DNA of 64,000 bases from Acutalibacteraceae bacterium (GCA_963640685.1 CAVIAA010000001.1:66395-130394), one strand, 5' to 3'; counted from the first letter of the stretch, positions 36,162 through 46,318 are shown. Notes: generated by a model not told the origin, from the letters alone. A program made the numbers and translations.

Positions 36162-37529
36162 ATGCATAACGGCAAAAAAACGGCGCTTATCTGCGGAATG
36201 GCAAAGAGCGGTATCGCCAGCGCGATATTGCTTTATAAAAACGGCTATCATGTGATCGTCAACGACATGAAGCTGGAGATACCCGGCCTTGAGGAGGCTC
36301 TCGAGGGCATTGAATACACTAATGCGCTCGGAAAAGAGCCGGAGGAGCTGCTCTATGGGGTCGACCTGCTGGTGCTGAGCCCTGTTATACCGATATTCAA
36401 GCCCTTTGCAGTCAAGGCGCGGGAGCTCGGCATTGAGGTCATAGGCGAAATAGAGCTTGGCTACCGCTATTGCAGCAGAGACGCAAAATTTGTCTGCATA
36501 AGCGGAACAAACGGCAAGACCACGACAACCGCGCTGACGGGCGAGCTGTTTAAGGCGGCCGGGAAAAACACATTCGTTCTCGGCAATATAGGAATACCGA
36601 TAACGGAAAAGGCGATGGAGGTAAAGGCCGGCGATACGGTCGTTGCCGAGGTGGCGGCTCTTCAGCTTGAGAGCATAAAGGAGTTTCGCCCAAATGCCTT
36701 CGGAATGCTCAACATAACCGAGGATCATCTTAACAGGTTCCAATATAAGATGGAGAACTATATAGCTGCAAAGTGCCGCGGCTTTGAGAACCAGACGGAA
36801 GAAGACTTTGCGGTGCTTAATTACGACGATGCGACGGTCAGAGATATGTCACGGCTGACCAGGGCACGGGTGCTGTATTTTTCTCAGAAGCAGGGTGTTG
36901 AAAACGGAATGTTACTAAGAGACGGCTTTATGATATGGCGGATGGACGGCAAGGAGCAGCGGCTCATTCACCGCAGCGAGCTTCAGATACCCGGCGACCA
37001 TAACCTTGAAAATGCAATGTGCGCCGCGTCGCTTGCAATGTGCATGGGCTTGGAGGCAGACGCGGTTTGCCGCGGCCTTAGGGAATTTAAGGGCGTTGAG
37101 CACAGGATAGAGTTCGTTCGTGAGGTAAACGGCGTGCGCTATGTGAACGACTCAAAGGGCACCAACCCGGATTCTACCATAAAAGCGGTGCAGGCCATGA
37201 CACAGCCCACCGTGCTGATGCTGGGCTGCGGCGAGTATGACAAGCACAGCGACTTTGCGCCGCTGTTTGAAGCGTTTGGCGGCAGGGTAAAGGCTGTTAT
37301 AGCCTCCGGGCTAAACATACCAGCAATAAAGGCCGCAGCGGAAAAGACCGGCTTTGGCGGCGAGCTTGAGGAATGGCACGGCGACTTCGAAGGCATGGTG
37401 AAAAGAGCCGGCGAAATGGCCGGCCGGGGTGCAACGGTGCTGCTTTCTCCGGCGGCGGCAAGCTGGGGACAGTTTGACAACTATGAGCAGCGAGGAGAAA
37501 TGTTCAAGGATATCGTAAACAAACTGTAG
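36162..37529 (+). CDS. murD: UDP-N-acetylmuramoylalanine--D-glutamate ligase
   Basis: It has ISGTNGKTTTT and further Mur ligase domains. Its position in the dcw cluster is conserved. Confidence 0.93.
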   Translation: MHNGKKTALICGMAKSGIASAILLYKNGYHVIVNDMKLEIPGLEEALEGIEYTNALGKEPEELLYGVDLLVLSPVIPIFKPFAVKARELGIEVIGEIELGYRYCSRDAKFVCISGTNGKTTTTALTGELFKAAGKNTFVLGNIGIPITEKAMEVKAGDTVVAEVAALQLESIKEFRPNAFGMLNITEDHLNRFQYKMENYIAAKCRGFENQTEEDFAVLNYDDATVRDMSRLTRARVLYFSQKQGVENGMLLRDGFMIWRMDGKEQRLIHRSELQIPGDHNLENAMCAASLAMCMGLEADAVCRGLREFKGVEHRIEFVREVNGVRYVNDSKGTNPDSTIKAVQAMTQPTVLMLGCGEYDKHSDFAPLFEAFGGRVKAVIASGLNIPAIKAAAEKTGFGGELEEWHGDFEGMVKRAGEMAGRGATVLLSPAAASWGQFDNYEQRGEMFKDIVNKL

Positions 37530-37566
37530 AACGCATAATTATAATTGACCCGAGGGGAGGTGCGGC

Positions 37567-38691
37567 ATGGAACGGGCAAAGGCAAAAAACAAAAACGGGC
37601 AGGTGGACTTTCTGCTCTACGTTGTAGTGCTGCTCCTCTGCGCCTTTGGGCTGGTGATGGTATTTTCGGCGAGCTACTATTACGCGCAGAACAGCGCAAA
37701 GCTGAACTACGACGGGCTGTATTACCTGAAGAACCAGGCGAAGTATATGGCACTGGGCATAGTCGTTATGATAGCCATGTCAAGGTTTGACTACCATTAC
37801 CTCGAAAAGCTGAAAAACCTTGCGCTCATTGCTACGCTGCTGCTGATGCTGGCAACGGTGTTCTGGGGCGAGGACCTGAACGGCGCAAAGCGCTGGCTAA
37901 ATCTGTTTAACATAGTGACCTTCCAGCCCTCCGAGCTTGCAAAGTTCGTGCTGATACTGTACATGGCATCCTTTATGACCCGCCGCGCACCGCAGATGGG
38001 CAGCTTTACGCGGGGCGTTGTGCCGCTGCTCATTATCATGTGCGTAATATGCATATTGCTGCTTTTGCAGAAGAATATGTCCATGATGATGGTGGTCATG
38101 ATGATAGGCTTCGTAATGCTGTTTCTCGGCGGGGCGGATATGCGGCACCTCGTTGGGCTTTGCCTGCTTGCGGTTCCGGTGTTCTTCCTTGCGGCGTCAA
38201 TGGAGACATACCGATGGAATAGGCTGGTCATATTTACTAACCCGTGGAAGGATCCGCAGGGCATCGGATATCAGCTCATACAGTCGTTATACGCGCTGGG
38301 TAGCGGCGGCCTGTTTGGCAAGGGACTGAATTTTTCAACGCAGAAGCTGCTGTTCCTTACATACGGCGAAAGCGACTTTATATTCGCAATAATAGGCGAG
38401 GAGCTGGGCTTTGTCGGCTGCGTGCTCGTCATAGCGGCGTATTTCTTCCTTGTTTGCCGCGGCATGAGGACGGCGGCAAGGTGCAGGGACAGGTTCGGCA
38501 GTCTGCTTGCTGCCGGAATAACCTCGGTTATTGCAATACAGGTGGCGGTAAATATAGGCGTTGCGACCAGCTCGGTTCCGCCTACGGGGCAAACGCTGCC
38601 CTTCATCAGCGCGGGCGGAACATCGCTCATAATATTCATGGCAGCGGTCGGAGTGCTGCTGAACATATCGAGAAACACCGAGAGGCTATAG
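37567..38691 (+). CDS. ftsW: SEDS-family peptidoglycan polymerase FtsW/SpoVE
   Basis: It is a polytopic protein with SEDS motifs (FQPSELAK, GESDFIF, LPFISAGGTS). Confidence 0.9.
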   Translation: MERAKAKNKNGQVDFLLYVVVLLLCAFGLVMVFSASYYYAQNSAKLNYDGLYYLKNQAKYMALGIVVMIAMSRFDYHYLEKLKNLALIATLLLMLATVFWGEDLNGAKRWLNLFNIVTFQPSELAKFVLILYMASFMTRRAPQMGSFTRGVVPLLIIMCVICILLLLQKNMSMMMVVMMIGFVMLFLGGADMRHLVGLCLLAVPVFFLAASMETYRWNRLVIFTNPWKDPQGIGYQLIQSLYALGSGGLFGKGLNFSTQKLLFLTYGESDFIFAIIGEELGFVGCVLVIAAYFFLVCRGMRTAARCRDRFGSLLAAGITSVIAIQVAVNIGVATSSVPPTGQTLPFISAGGTSLIIFMAAVGVLLNISRNTERL

Positions 38692-38731
38692 GGACGGCGC
38701 AGGACGCAGTTCAAACGGGAAACGAGAAAAA

Positions 38732-39775
38732 ATGACGCGCAGCAAGAAGGGGAAAACCCGAATAGTTAAAAAAGACAAAAACAGGGACGGCAAAAAGCCG
38801 CCCCGCAGCGGCGTGTCGTATGTTGACATAGAGCAGGTAAAGCAGCGCTACGGCGGGCGCTCTACTAAGGAGCCGGAAAAGGAGCTGCACATATTTGGCG
38901 AGGAAGCCGAAAAAGCCGGCGAAAAAAAGAAGAAAAAGAAGCTGAGCCGCGGGACATATGTGCTTGTGGCTCTTCTAGTGCTTTTAGGCATAACCATAGG
39001 GCTGTATTTTGCCCTGATAGTTGACCGCATAGAGGTCGTGGGTAACGTGAGACTGGAGAAGGGCGAGGTGCTGACGATATCCGGACTGAACGTAGGGGAA
39101 CATATCCTGCTTGCGAATATAGGCGAGGCAAGGAGCAGGCTGCTTGCAAGCCCTTATATACACTCTGCGATAATAAAGAGAATGTACCCGGACAAGCTCA
39201 TAATAACCATCGAGGAACGCGAGCCCGCCGCCGCGATAGTCGGAATAGGCTCATATGCGATAATAGACATTGACGGCATGGTCATGGAAATATCACAGAC
39301 CAACGACGAAGGGCTGGTCGCGGTATACGGCGCAAGCTCCGGCGGCTACGCCGTTGGACAGAAAATCGGCGATTATTCCGAATTTAACAGCAAAACTCTC
39401 TTGGAAATACTGACTGCCGTGAGCACAGAAGGATTGCTGGATATGATAGAAAGCATAGATATGTCGCAGCCGCTTAAAATAGGCATGACGACGACATACG
39501 GTTATTCGGTAAACATAGGGCAGCCGGAAAACATCGCGGAAAAGCTGCAAAACCTGCCCGCGGTCCTGAATAAGGTGCTTTCGATGGGTCTTGAGGGAGG
39601 AACGATAGACCTTGGCGTGCTGGGCGACCCTGTATATTCGCCGCCGGAGGTATACACAGAGGAGAACGACGAGGAAGCGGCCGAGGACGGCGAGGGGGTG
39701 GAAAACGAGAAGGCGGACACCGCAGACAGCACCGAAACCGAAAAGCCGCAGGCTTCTCCCAGCCCTGCGCCGTAG
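38732..39775 (+). CDS. ftsQ: Cell-division protein FtsQ/DivIB (POTRA domain) with long basic N-terminal region
   Basis: It has a single TM helix, then a POTRA-like segment (IEVVGNVRLEKGEVLTISGL...YPDKLIITIEEREP). Its position before ftsA is conserved. Confidence 0.85.
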   Translation: MTRSKKGKTRIVKKDKNRDGKKPPRSGVSYVDIEQVKQRYGGRSTKEPEKELHIFGEEAEKAGEKKKKKKLSRGTYVLVALLVLLGITIGLYFALIVDRIEVVGNVRLEKGEVLTISGLNVGEHILLANIGEARSRLLASPYIHSAIIKRMYPDKLIITIEEREPAAAIVGIGSYAIIDIDGMVMEISQTNDEGLVAVYGASSGGYAVGQKIGDYSEFNSKTLLEILTAVSTEGLLDMIESIDMSQPLKIGMTTTYGYSVNIGQPENIAEKLQNLPAVLNKVLSMGLEGGTIDLGVLGDPVYSPPEVYTEENDEEAAEDGEGVENEKADTADSTETEKPQASPSPAP

Positions 39776-39814
39776 TTTCCATAACCTTCAAGGCGGAAAA
39801 ATATGCGTATCCTA

Positions 39815-39843
39815 TTGCACAAAATATAGTGGTGTGGTATGCT
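39815..39843 (+). promoter_or_regulatory. Possible sigma-A promoter for ftsA-ftsZ
   Basis: It reads TTGCAC-17 nt-TATGCT. Confidence 0.4.
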
Positions 39844-39912
39844 TAACCCAACTATTAGGTGGTAGTATATTCTTTGATGCCGGATGGAGAGTAGAGGCGA
39901 TACGGAGGGAAA

Positions 39913-41115
39913 ATGAGACAGAATACCGCCATACTCGATATTGGAAGCTCTAAGGTGATATGCCTTATATGCAGCACACAAGGGAAAGACATTACGGTGC
40001 GCGGGGCGGGCATAAAGGAATACCCGGGTTTTGAAAACGGACGGTTTACGGACGAGCAGCTTTTCTCAAACGCTGTTGTAGATGCGATATCTGCGGCAGA
40101 GGGAGAGGCGCGGGTGCGCATACGCGATCTTTCGGTAGGCGTTCCGGCGAGCTTTTCAAAGCTCGTGCTGCATGAGGGAAGGGCTGAGGTGACATCCCGA
40201 AACGGCAAGATAAACGGGGACACCATAGACGACCTCATAAACGACTCCTTGTCCTTTGAGCAGCCCGCCGGGTATGAGCTGATGCACTCCACGCCTGCGG
40301 AGTTCCGCATTGGCGAGAGCGTGACCTCAGAGCCGCCGCTCGGTCAGGCCGCGGAGGCGGTCGGCGCGATGGTATCTCATGTGTATATGCAGAGTGCCTT
40401 TCGCATGGCGGTATCCGACGCGCTGGATAGGGCAAACCTTGAGGCGGATATGTACATAAGCGTACCGCTGTCGGCTTCACTTTTCGTAATACCGGAGGAG
40501 GAGCGGGCGGATTGCGCGGTGCTTATAGACGTTGGCGCAAGGCAGACGGATGTCAGCTTTATAAGGGGCTCTGCTCTTATAGCCTGCGAAACGCTTGGCA
40601 TAGGCGGCGCGAGCTTCGTGAATGACCTGGCCTATGGGCTGGGGATATCTGTTCAGTCTGCGGAGAACGTTAAGCGGAGATATGTTTACTCGCTGGACTA
40701 TCAGGACAGCATCGATATAGTGCGCGTAGAGGGCAGGAGTCCGATGCGCGTTGACCACAAGGTGATACAGTTTATCATCGAGGAGCGCACCAAGCAGCTT
40801 GCGGGTTACCTTAAAAAAATGCTGCTGGAGATGGGCGTGCGGCTGGATAAGAAGCCGCCGGTTTACATCACCGGAGGCGGGATAGCCCTTATGCGAGGCA
40901 GCTGTGAATACATGGAGAAGCTGATGGATGTTCCATTGAGGGTGCGTATGCCCTGGATGCCGAGGCTCTCCTCGCCAAACTACGCAAGTGCTTTTTCGGT
41001 GATGGACTTCGTAATGCACGCCGAGGATGAGGGCAGCGTGGACAGGCTGGTCGGCATGGTCGGCGAGAGCAAGTTGATGAGGAAAATACGGGATTTTATC
41101 GAAAACGTAAGATAG
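39913..41115 (+). CDS. ftsA: Cell-division protein FtsA (actin-like ATPase)
   Basis: It has ILDIGSSKV, DVGARQTD and ITGGGIAL motifs and lies directly upstream of ftsZ. Confidence 0.9.
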   Translation: MRQNTAILDIGSSKVICLICSTQGKDITVRGAGIKEYPGFENGRFTDEQLFSNAVVDAISAAEGEARVRIRDLSVGVPASFSKLVLHEGRAEVTSRNGKINGDTIDDLINDSLSFEQPAGYELMHSTPAEFRIGESVTSEPPLGQAAEAVGAMVSHVYMQSAFRMAVSDALDRANLEADMYISVPLSASLFVIPEEERADCAVLIDVGARQTDVSFIRGSALIACETLGIGGASFVNDLAYGLGISVQSAENVKRRYVYSLDYQDSIDIVRVEGRSPMRVDHKVIQFIIEERTKQLAGYLKKMLLEMGVRLDKKPPVYITGGGIALMRGSCEYMEKLMDVPLRVRMPWMPRLSSPNYASAFSVMDFVMHAEDEGSVDRLVGMVGESKLMRKIRDFIENVR

Positions 41116-41133
41116 ATATCAGGAGGAAATGAT

Positions 41134-42393
41134 ATGCCTATTGGTCTTGAACTGGATATGGAAAGAGGCAACCTCGCTCAGCTGAAGGTGGTTGGCGTAG
41201 GCGGCGCGGGCAACAACGCGGTGAACCGTATGATACAGTATGGCATACGCGGCGTTGAGTTCATTTCCGTCAATACGGACAAGCAGGCGCTTTACCTTTC
41301 CCATGCCAACCAGAAAATACAGATAGGTGAAAAGGTGACAAAGGGGCTTGGCGCCGGTGCCGATCCCGAGGTCGGCCGTAAGGCAGCGGAGGAGAGCAAG
41401 GAGGCCATAACCGAGGCGCTGAAGGGCGCAGATCTGGTGTTCATAACCGCAGGAATGGGCGGCGGAACCGGAACTGGCGCAGCGCCGGTCGTTGCAGAGT
41501 GCGCTAAGGAGCTCGGCATACTCACCGTAGGCGTAGTCACTAAGCCATTTTCCTTTGAGGGACGAGTCCGCATGAACAACGCCGTAAACGGCATAACCAA
41601 CCTGAAGGCAAATGTCGATACGCTTATATCCATACCCAACGACAGGCTGCTGGACTCCGTCGGCAAGGTAAGCCTTACCGAAGCATTCAGGATAGCAGAT
41701 GACGTACTGCGTCAGGGCGTTCAGGGTATAAGCGACCTTATAGCCGTGCCTGCGATGGTAAACCTTGACTTTGCGGATGTACGCACTATAATGCGTGAGC
41801 GCGGCATGGCACATATGGGCATAGGAATGGCGACCGGCGATAAGCGCGCTGCGGAGGCCGCAAGGCAGGCAGTCGTGAGCCCGCTGCTCGAAACGACGAT
41901 AAACGGCGCAAAGGGCGTGCTGCTCAACATTACCGGCGGCGCGGATCTTGGCATACAGGAGCTTTCGGAGGCTGCCTCCATCATACAGGAATACGCAGAT
42001 CCCGAGGCCAATATTATCATGGGTGCAGGCATAGACGAGGATATGGGAGACGGCGTCCGCATAACCGTAATAGCTACCGGCTTCGATGCGCCCGGCGTGA
42101 GGACTCAGCCCAACCAGCAGCCCACAGCGGCAGTTAATTCCGTTCAGCCCAACCAGCGCAGGCAGATGACCGTTGGCGAGATGAAGGCACAGGAGAGCAG
42201 CTGGAACGGTGCCGGCATAAAGTTTTGGGAGCGCGAGCGCACGAGAACGCCGCTGTACAGCGAGCCTGTTCCGGATGAGGGAGTCTCCCCGCATTTTACC
42301 ATGGACGACCTCCCGAAGGAGGACAAGAGCCGCGGGAGCAATAATAACAACAACAATCTCAACGTGCCTGCATTTTTGAGGAGGAACGACTAA
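41134..42393 (+). CDS. ftsZ: Cell-division GTPase FtsZ
   Basis: It has the tubulin signature GGGTGTG, NTDKQAL, and the C-terminal conserved peptide LNVPAFLRR after an Asn-rich linker. Confidence 0.97.
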   Translation: MPIGLELDMERGNLAQLKVVGVGGAGNNAVNRMIQYGIRGVEFISVNTDKQALYLSHANQKIQIGEKVTKGLGAGADPEVGRKAAEESKEAITEALKGADLVFITAGMGGGTGTGAAPVVAECAKELGILTVGVVTKPFSFEGRVRMNNAVNGITNLKANVDTLISIPNDRLLDSVGKVSLTEAFRIADDVLRQGVQGISDLIAVPAMVNLDFADVRTIMRERGMAHMGIGMATGDKRAAEAARQAVVSPLLETTINGAKGVLLNITGGADLGIQELSEAASIIQEYADPEANIIMGAGIDEDMGDGVRITVIATGFDAPGVRTQPNQQPTAAVNSVQPNQRRQMTVGEMKAQESSWNGAGIKFWERERTRTPLYSEPVPDEGVSPHFTMDDLPKEDKSRGSNNNNNNLNVPAFLRRND

Positions 42394-42514
42394 ATCAAAA
42401 ACGCGGGCGCGTGGCCCGCCGTACACTTTTATAAAGCATATGACGGGGAAACGCAAACAAAAGGAGCGGTTCCTCGTTTTATAATTTTTTATTTTTTGAA
42501 AGGAAAGAAAGACC

Positions 42515-43522
42515 ATGACAAAATCCTTCATTCCCGCGGGCTATAAGCCCACACTGTCCCTCTATGAGACTCAGGACGCGATCAGCTTCATCAAGCGCGA
42601 GTTTCAGGATAGCCTCGCAAGGGCGCTGCACCTTAAGCGCGTTTCCGCCCCGCTGTTCGTTCAGCCTGAAACAGGCCTCAACGACAACCTGAACGGCTAC
42701 GAGCGCCCCGTAGGCTTCGATATACCGTTTACCGGCAAAGAAGCTCAGGTCGTTCAGTCCCTCGCAAAGTGGAAGAGGATGGCTCTCTACCGCTATGATT
42801 TCCACCCGGGCAAAGGCCTGTATACCGACATGAACGCTATACGCCGCGATGAGGAGCTGGACAACCTCCATTCCGTATACGTAGACCAGTGGGACTGGGA
42901 AAAGGTCATAACCCCCGAGACCCGTGACCTGACCACGCTTAAGAACACCGTTATTGCGATAGTTGGCTGCGTATGCAACACGCTGGATATAGTGAAGGCG
43001 CGCTATAACTTCATAGAGACTGAACTCAGCCGCGATGTGTTCTTCATAACCACGCAGGAGCTGCTGGACATGTACCCCAACATGACCGCGAAGGAGCGCG
43101 AGAACGCCATAACCAAGGAGCACCGGACTGTATTCATAATGCAGATAGGCGATCTGCTCTCCAACGGCGAAAAGCACGACGGACGCTCGCCGGACTACGA
43201 CGACTGGAAGCTGAACGGCGATATACTCTTCTATGATGACGTGCTGGATTGCGCTATGGAGATATCCTCAATGGGCATCCGCGTTGACCCCAAGAGCCTC
43301 GATGAGCAGCTCACCAAGGCGGGTTGCGACGACAGGCGGGCCCTTACCTACCACAAGATGCTGCTCAACGGCGAGCTGCCGCTGACGATCGGCGGCGGCA
43401 TAGGCCAGTCCCGTCTCTGTATGCTGCTGCTCGGCAAGGCGCATATAGGCGAGGTGCAGTCCTCCGTGTGGGACAACGACACCATCGAGTGCTTTGAAAA
43501 GGCAGGCGTTACACTGCTTTAA
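42515..43522 (+). CDS. asnA: Aspartate--ammonia ligase (asparagine synthetase A)
   Basis: It is a class II aaRS-like AsnA (SLYETQDAISFIK..., DQWDWEKV, GGGIGQSRLCMLLL). Confidence 0.92.
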   Translation: MTKSFIPAGYKPTLSLYETQDAISFIKREFQDSLARALHLKRVSAPLFVQPETGLNDNLNGYERPVGFDIPFTGKEAQVVQSLAKWKRMALYRYDFHPGKGLYTDMNAIRRDEELDNLHSVYVDQWDWEKVITPETRDLTTLKNTVIAIVGCVCNTLDIVKARYNFIETELSRDVFFITTQELLDMYPNMTAKERENAITKEHRTVFIMQIGDLLSNGEKHDGRSPDYDDWKLNGDILFYDDVLDCAMEISSMGIRVDPKSLDEQLTKAGCDDRRALTYHKMLLNGELPLTIGGGIGQSRLCMLLLGKAHIGEVQSSVWDNDTIECFEKAGVTLL

Positions 43523-43545
43523 AAGGCAAAACCGCGATACAACAG

Positions 43546-43570
43546 GGCCGCCCTTTGGGGCGGCCTTTTG
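43546..43570 (+). terminator. Rho-independent terminator after asnA
   Basis: An 8-bp stem GGCCGCCC/GGGCGGCC is followed by TTTT. Confidence 0.85.
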
Positions 43571-43708
43571 AGTGCTTGCTTTTCTATCAGCTTCGCGGCG
43601 CAGGAAGACGCTGAAATATTCTCCCAATATTCGAATATATATTTATCATCGCTTCTACATTTTGCTCAGGGTGCGCCGTGGTATTATTTTTACGCGGGGG
43701 TGAGGGGA

Positions 43709-44470
43709 ATGTACATTGAACTGTTTCTGCTGGATAATCTGCTCATGAATACCCTCATATGCCTGCTTGCGGGCGCTGCCTGCGGGCGGCGGGTAAAACT
43801 GCGGCGGGCGGCTCTTTTTTCTTTATTCGGGGCGGTATACGGCGTATTTGCAGTGTGCTTTGAGCCGCTGATGCGCCTGCCGTGCAGGATAGCGCTTTGC
43901 CTCGCCATGGCGTTGGTGTTTCCATATACTGGGGTACGCGAGTATGTGAGCGGCCTTGCAGCGATAATGGCGGCAGCTATGACGATGGGCGGGCTCAGCT
44001 TTATGCTCCTGTACCTTGGCGAAGCGAGAAATATGCCGGCGGGGAGTGTGCCGCTTAGAATAATGCTGCTTACGGCGATTATGGGGGCACTGCTGCCGAG
44101 GGCGGCGAGGGCGCTGCGCCGCAGAAGAGCCAACGGTGAAGGGCTTACGCTCATGGTAAGGCACGGGGAAAGAGTGTATACGTTGGCGGCAATGGTGGAC
44201 AGCGGAAACGGGCTGTATGACCCGCTGAGCGGTCTGCCTGTTGCGGTAGCGTGGCTGCCGGAGGAAACGGGAGAAATACCGATACCGGCGGGAACGGTTG
44301 GCGGAAGCGGCATACTGTATGCCTTCCGGCCGGAGAGCGCGCGGCTTTCCGGGGAGGAAACGGATATTCTGGTGGCGATAGCGCGGCGGCCGATAAGGGC
44401 GGCGCTCATACCGCCGGCGGCATTGCCGGATGAATTGAGAGAGGAGCGAAAGGAGAAAAACGGTGTTTGA
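43709..44470 (+). CDS. spoIIGA: Sigma-E processing peptidase SpoIIGA
   Basis: It is a polytopic N-terminus plus a DSGN aspartic-protease motif ([11 protein letters not shown]). It lies directly upstream of and overlaps sigE. I set the start at [10 protein letters not shown] (ATG 43709). Confidence 0.88.
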   Translation: MYIELFLLDNLLMNTLICLLAGAACGRRVKLRRAALFSLFGAVYGVFAVCFEPLMRLPCRIALCLAMALVFPYTGVREYVSGLAAIMAAAMTMGGLSFMLLYLGEARNMPAGSVPLRIMLLTAIMGALLPRAARALRRRRANGEGLTLMVRHGERVYTLAAMVDSGNGLYDPLSGLPVAVAWLPEETGEIPIPAGTVGGSGILYAFRPESARLSGEETDILVAIARRPIRAALIPPAALPDELREERKEKNGV

Positions 44471-45164
44471 TGCAGTAAAGAGCATTCTGGCGAAGCTATA
44501 TGCTGCTATCGGTGGGGATATATTCTACATAAACAGCGGAGAGGCACTGCCGCCGCCGCTCAGCCGGGAAGAAGAGGAGGAAATAATGGAAAGGCTGCGC
44601 GCCGGTGACGACGACGTTAAGCATATACTCATTGAGCGCAACCTGCGGCTCGTGGTATATATCGCAAGAAAATTCGAGAACACCGGCGTATCTGTTGAGG
44701 ACCTTATATCCATAGGCACAATAGGGCTTATCAAGGCGGTAAATACGTTTGACGCAGGCAAAAGGATAAAGCTCGCAACGTATGCCTCGCGCTGCATAGA
44801 AAACGAGATACTTATGTACTTGAGACGAAGCTGCCGGCTCAAGCTGGAAGTATCGCTGGATGAACCGCTTAACGTGGACTGGGACGGAAACGAGCTGCTG
44901 TTATCTGATGTACTGGGAACCGATGCCGATGTTATTTACCGGGGAATAGAGGATGCGGTCGATAAGGAGCTGCTTGCAATCGCTATGGATAAGCTGACGC
45001 CGAGGGAAAAGAAAATAATGGAGCTGCGCTTTGGTCTAGGCGGAAACAGAGAATATACGCAAAAGCAGGTCGCGGATATGATGGGCATATCGCAAAGCTA
45101 TATAAGCAGGCTGGAAAAGCAGATAATAAAGCTGCTTAAAACCGAGATGGCGCAGCTGATGTAA
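44463..45164 (+). CDS. sigE: RNA polymerase sporulation sigma factor SigE (pro-sigma-E)
   Basis: It is near-identical to Bacillus SigE in core blocks ([10 protein letters not shown]..., [44 protein letters not shown]). It uses a GTG start. Confidence 0.95.
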   Translation: MFDAVKSILAKLYAAIGGDIFYINSGEALPPPLSREEEEEIMERLRAGDDDVKHILIERNLRLVVYIARKFENTGVSVEDLISIGTIGLIKAVNTFDAGKRIKLATYASRCIENEILMYLRRSCRLKLEVSLDEPLNVDWDGNELLLSDVLGTDADVIYRGIEDAVDKELLAIAMDKLTPREKKIMELRFGLGGNREYTQKQVADMMGISQSYISRLEKQIIKLLKTEMAQLM

Positions 45165-45171
45165 AACAAAA

Positions 45172-45193
45172 AAAGCGCGGTAAACGCGCTTTA
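45172..45193. terminator. Bidirectional terminator between sigE and the convergent fur-family gene
   Basis: It reads AAAAAAAGCGCG-GTAAA-CGCGCTTT. Confidence 0.75.
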
Positions 45194-45574
45194 GCTTTTA
45201 TCCTCGCAGCTTTTGCATATGCCGTGGAAGAGTATGTCGCAGCCGGTAATGTGTAACCCGGAGAGCTTGGAGGCCGATGCGCAAACGTCAGGCACGGCGC
45301 TTGCAGGTATGTCTATTACCCTTTTGCAGCGCTCACAGCGCATATGGTGATGTGGCGCAAGCGTGCCGTCAAACCTGTCAGGCCCGTCCGGCACGGGTAT
45401 TCGCAGTATCATGCCCGCATCCGCAAGCTGACCCAGGTTCCTGTATACCGTTGCAAGGCTAACTGCGGCTTCGCCGCTGTCGTTCAGCACGGCGTATAGC
45501 TCTTCCGCCGTTGGGTGAATGGGGTGCGCTGCAAGGGTCTCAAGTATTATATCCCGCTGCTTGGATTTTATCAT
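45191..45574 (-). CDS. Fur family metalloregulator (Fur/PerR/Zur subtype not resolvable by eye)
   Basis: It has a winged-helix N-terminus (ATVYRNL), an HHHMxC motif, and two CxxC pairs (CERC, CKSC). Confidence 0.88.
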   Translation of the reverse strand: MIKSKQRDIILETLAAHPIHPTAEELYAVLNDSGEAAVSLATVYRNLGQLADAGMILRIPVPDGPDRFDGTLAPHHHMRCERCKRVIDIPASAVPDVCASASKLSGLHITGCDILFHGICKSCEDKS

Positions 45575-45593
45575 TTCAGTTGCTCCGATAAAC

Positions 45594-45620
45594 TTAAGAA
45601 TAATTCTTAATCTTATTATA
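45594..45620 (-). promoter_or_regulatory. Fur/PerR-box-like palindrome overlapping the fur-family promoter
   Basis: TTAAGAAT-A-ATTCTTAA at 45594..45610 is a perfect 8-1-8 palindrome of 7-1-7 Fur-box architecture. It lies immediately downstream of a minus-strand TATAAT (45615..45620). Confidence 0.65.
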
Positions 45621-45649
45621 GCATGGGAGTCGCCGGTGTCAAGCGGCCG

Positions 45650-45692
45650 AAAAAAAGGCTTCGCAGCGTTGTGCTGTGAAGCCTGATTTTGC
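45650..45692. terminator. Bidirectional-looking terminator downstream of the zinc-ribbon gene
   Basis: An 11-bp stem GGCTTCGCAGC/GCTGTGAAGCC (one G-U pair) is flanked by A7 and a T-rich tract. Confidence 0.75.
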
Positions 45693-45768
45693 TTTTACTA
45701 ATTCACCGATATATCCGCTTTGCGGTAATAGGGGATATTAGCCCTCGCAAGGGAAAGCGATGAGTTGC

Positions 45769-46047
45769 CTAGCGGCTGGCCCTGCGAGCCTGGAAGCAAG
45801 CACTGCAGTAAATGGGTCTGTCGTTCTTGGGAACGAAGGGAATCTTGGTGGGAGCACCGCACTGAGCGCATACCGCGTCATACATTTCCTTTTCGCCGTT
45901 GCGCTGGGTCTTGCGAGCGTTCCTGCACGCCTTGCAGCGAATGGGCTCATTCTGGAAACCCTTCTCAGCATAGAACTCCTGCTCGCCCGCGGAGAAAATG
46001 AATTCGGCGCCGCAATCCTTGCATACCAAAGTCTTGTCTTGGAACAT
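45769..46047 (-). CDS. Small zinc-ribbon domain protein (duplicated CxxC...CxxC module)
   Basis: The 92-aa protein has CKDC...CKAC and CAQC...CSAC with FYAEKGF-type spacing. Its RBS is AAGGGGA. Confidence 0.8.
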   Translation of the reverse strand: MFQDKTLVCKDCGAEFIFSAGEQEFYAEKGFQNEPIRCKACRNARKTQRNGEKEMYDAVCAQCGAPTKIPFVPKNDRPIYCSACFQARRASR

Positions 46048-46084
46048 TTTGTTTACAATCCCCTTGTATAATTATATTTTTTAG

Positions 46085-46312
46085 TGACCCGAGACTTCGG
46101 CTGACCTGGTTTTTGCCCCCACACTCGCCGCCTGGAAGGTTCGCTACTAGGCAATTACGCCGCCCACTACTGCTCCTCTCGGGGTATACCCCGGACGGAC
46201 TTACATCTAAGCCGCACCATGCTCACGGGCGGCATTGCGCCCGCTTATGTGGATCGTTTCGCCTGCGACTGGCATCGACTTGCAACCACAGACCCGACAA
46301 CCCGGATAACTA
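46085..46312 (-). ncRNA. Candidate structured RNA, class unassigned (stand-alone ncRNA or long 5' leader of the zinc-ribbon gene)
   Basis: It has its own near-consensus promoter. The stretch is GC-rich, has no credible ORF, and carries at least 5 local hairpins (e.g. 46226..46243, 46198..46213, 46180..46193). G-U pairs are compatible only with the minus strand. Repeated GGCGGC/GCCGCC segments allow alternative or pseudoknot pairing. Confidence 0.5.
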
Positions 46313-46318
46313 AAGCTG

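Noticed and set aside
38921-38940. An A-rich run (gaaaaaaagaagaaaaagaa) in ftsQ as a programmed frameshift or phase-variation site.
   Set aside because: The reading frame is continuous and encodes a plausible K-rich linker. No alternative-frame ORF continues from it.
42394-42514. A T-box or other leader upstream of asnA.
   Set aside because: Only about 120 nt are available. There is no specifier/T-box sequence (no GGUGGUACCGCG-like element), just a small hairpin and an A/T-rich tract.
46085-46312. Assigning the candidate RNA to SRP RNA, RNase P RNA, tmRNA or 6S RNA, or to plus-strand transcription.
   Set aside because: There is no GGAAGCAGC SRP domain-IV motif, although 'ACCAGGUCAG' is superficially similar. 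There are no RNase P P4 or other universal motifs, and it is too short. It has no tRNA-like ends. The 5' and 3' ends do not pair into a 6S-like rod. The plus strand lacks a good promoter, and one hairpin would carry an A-C mismatch there.
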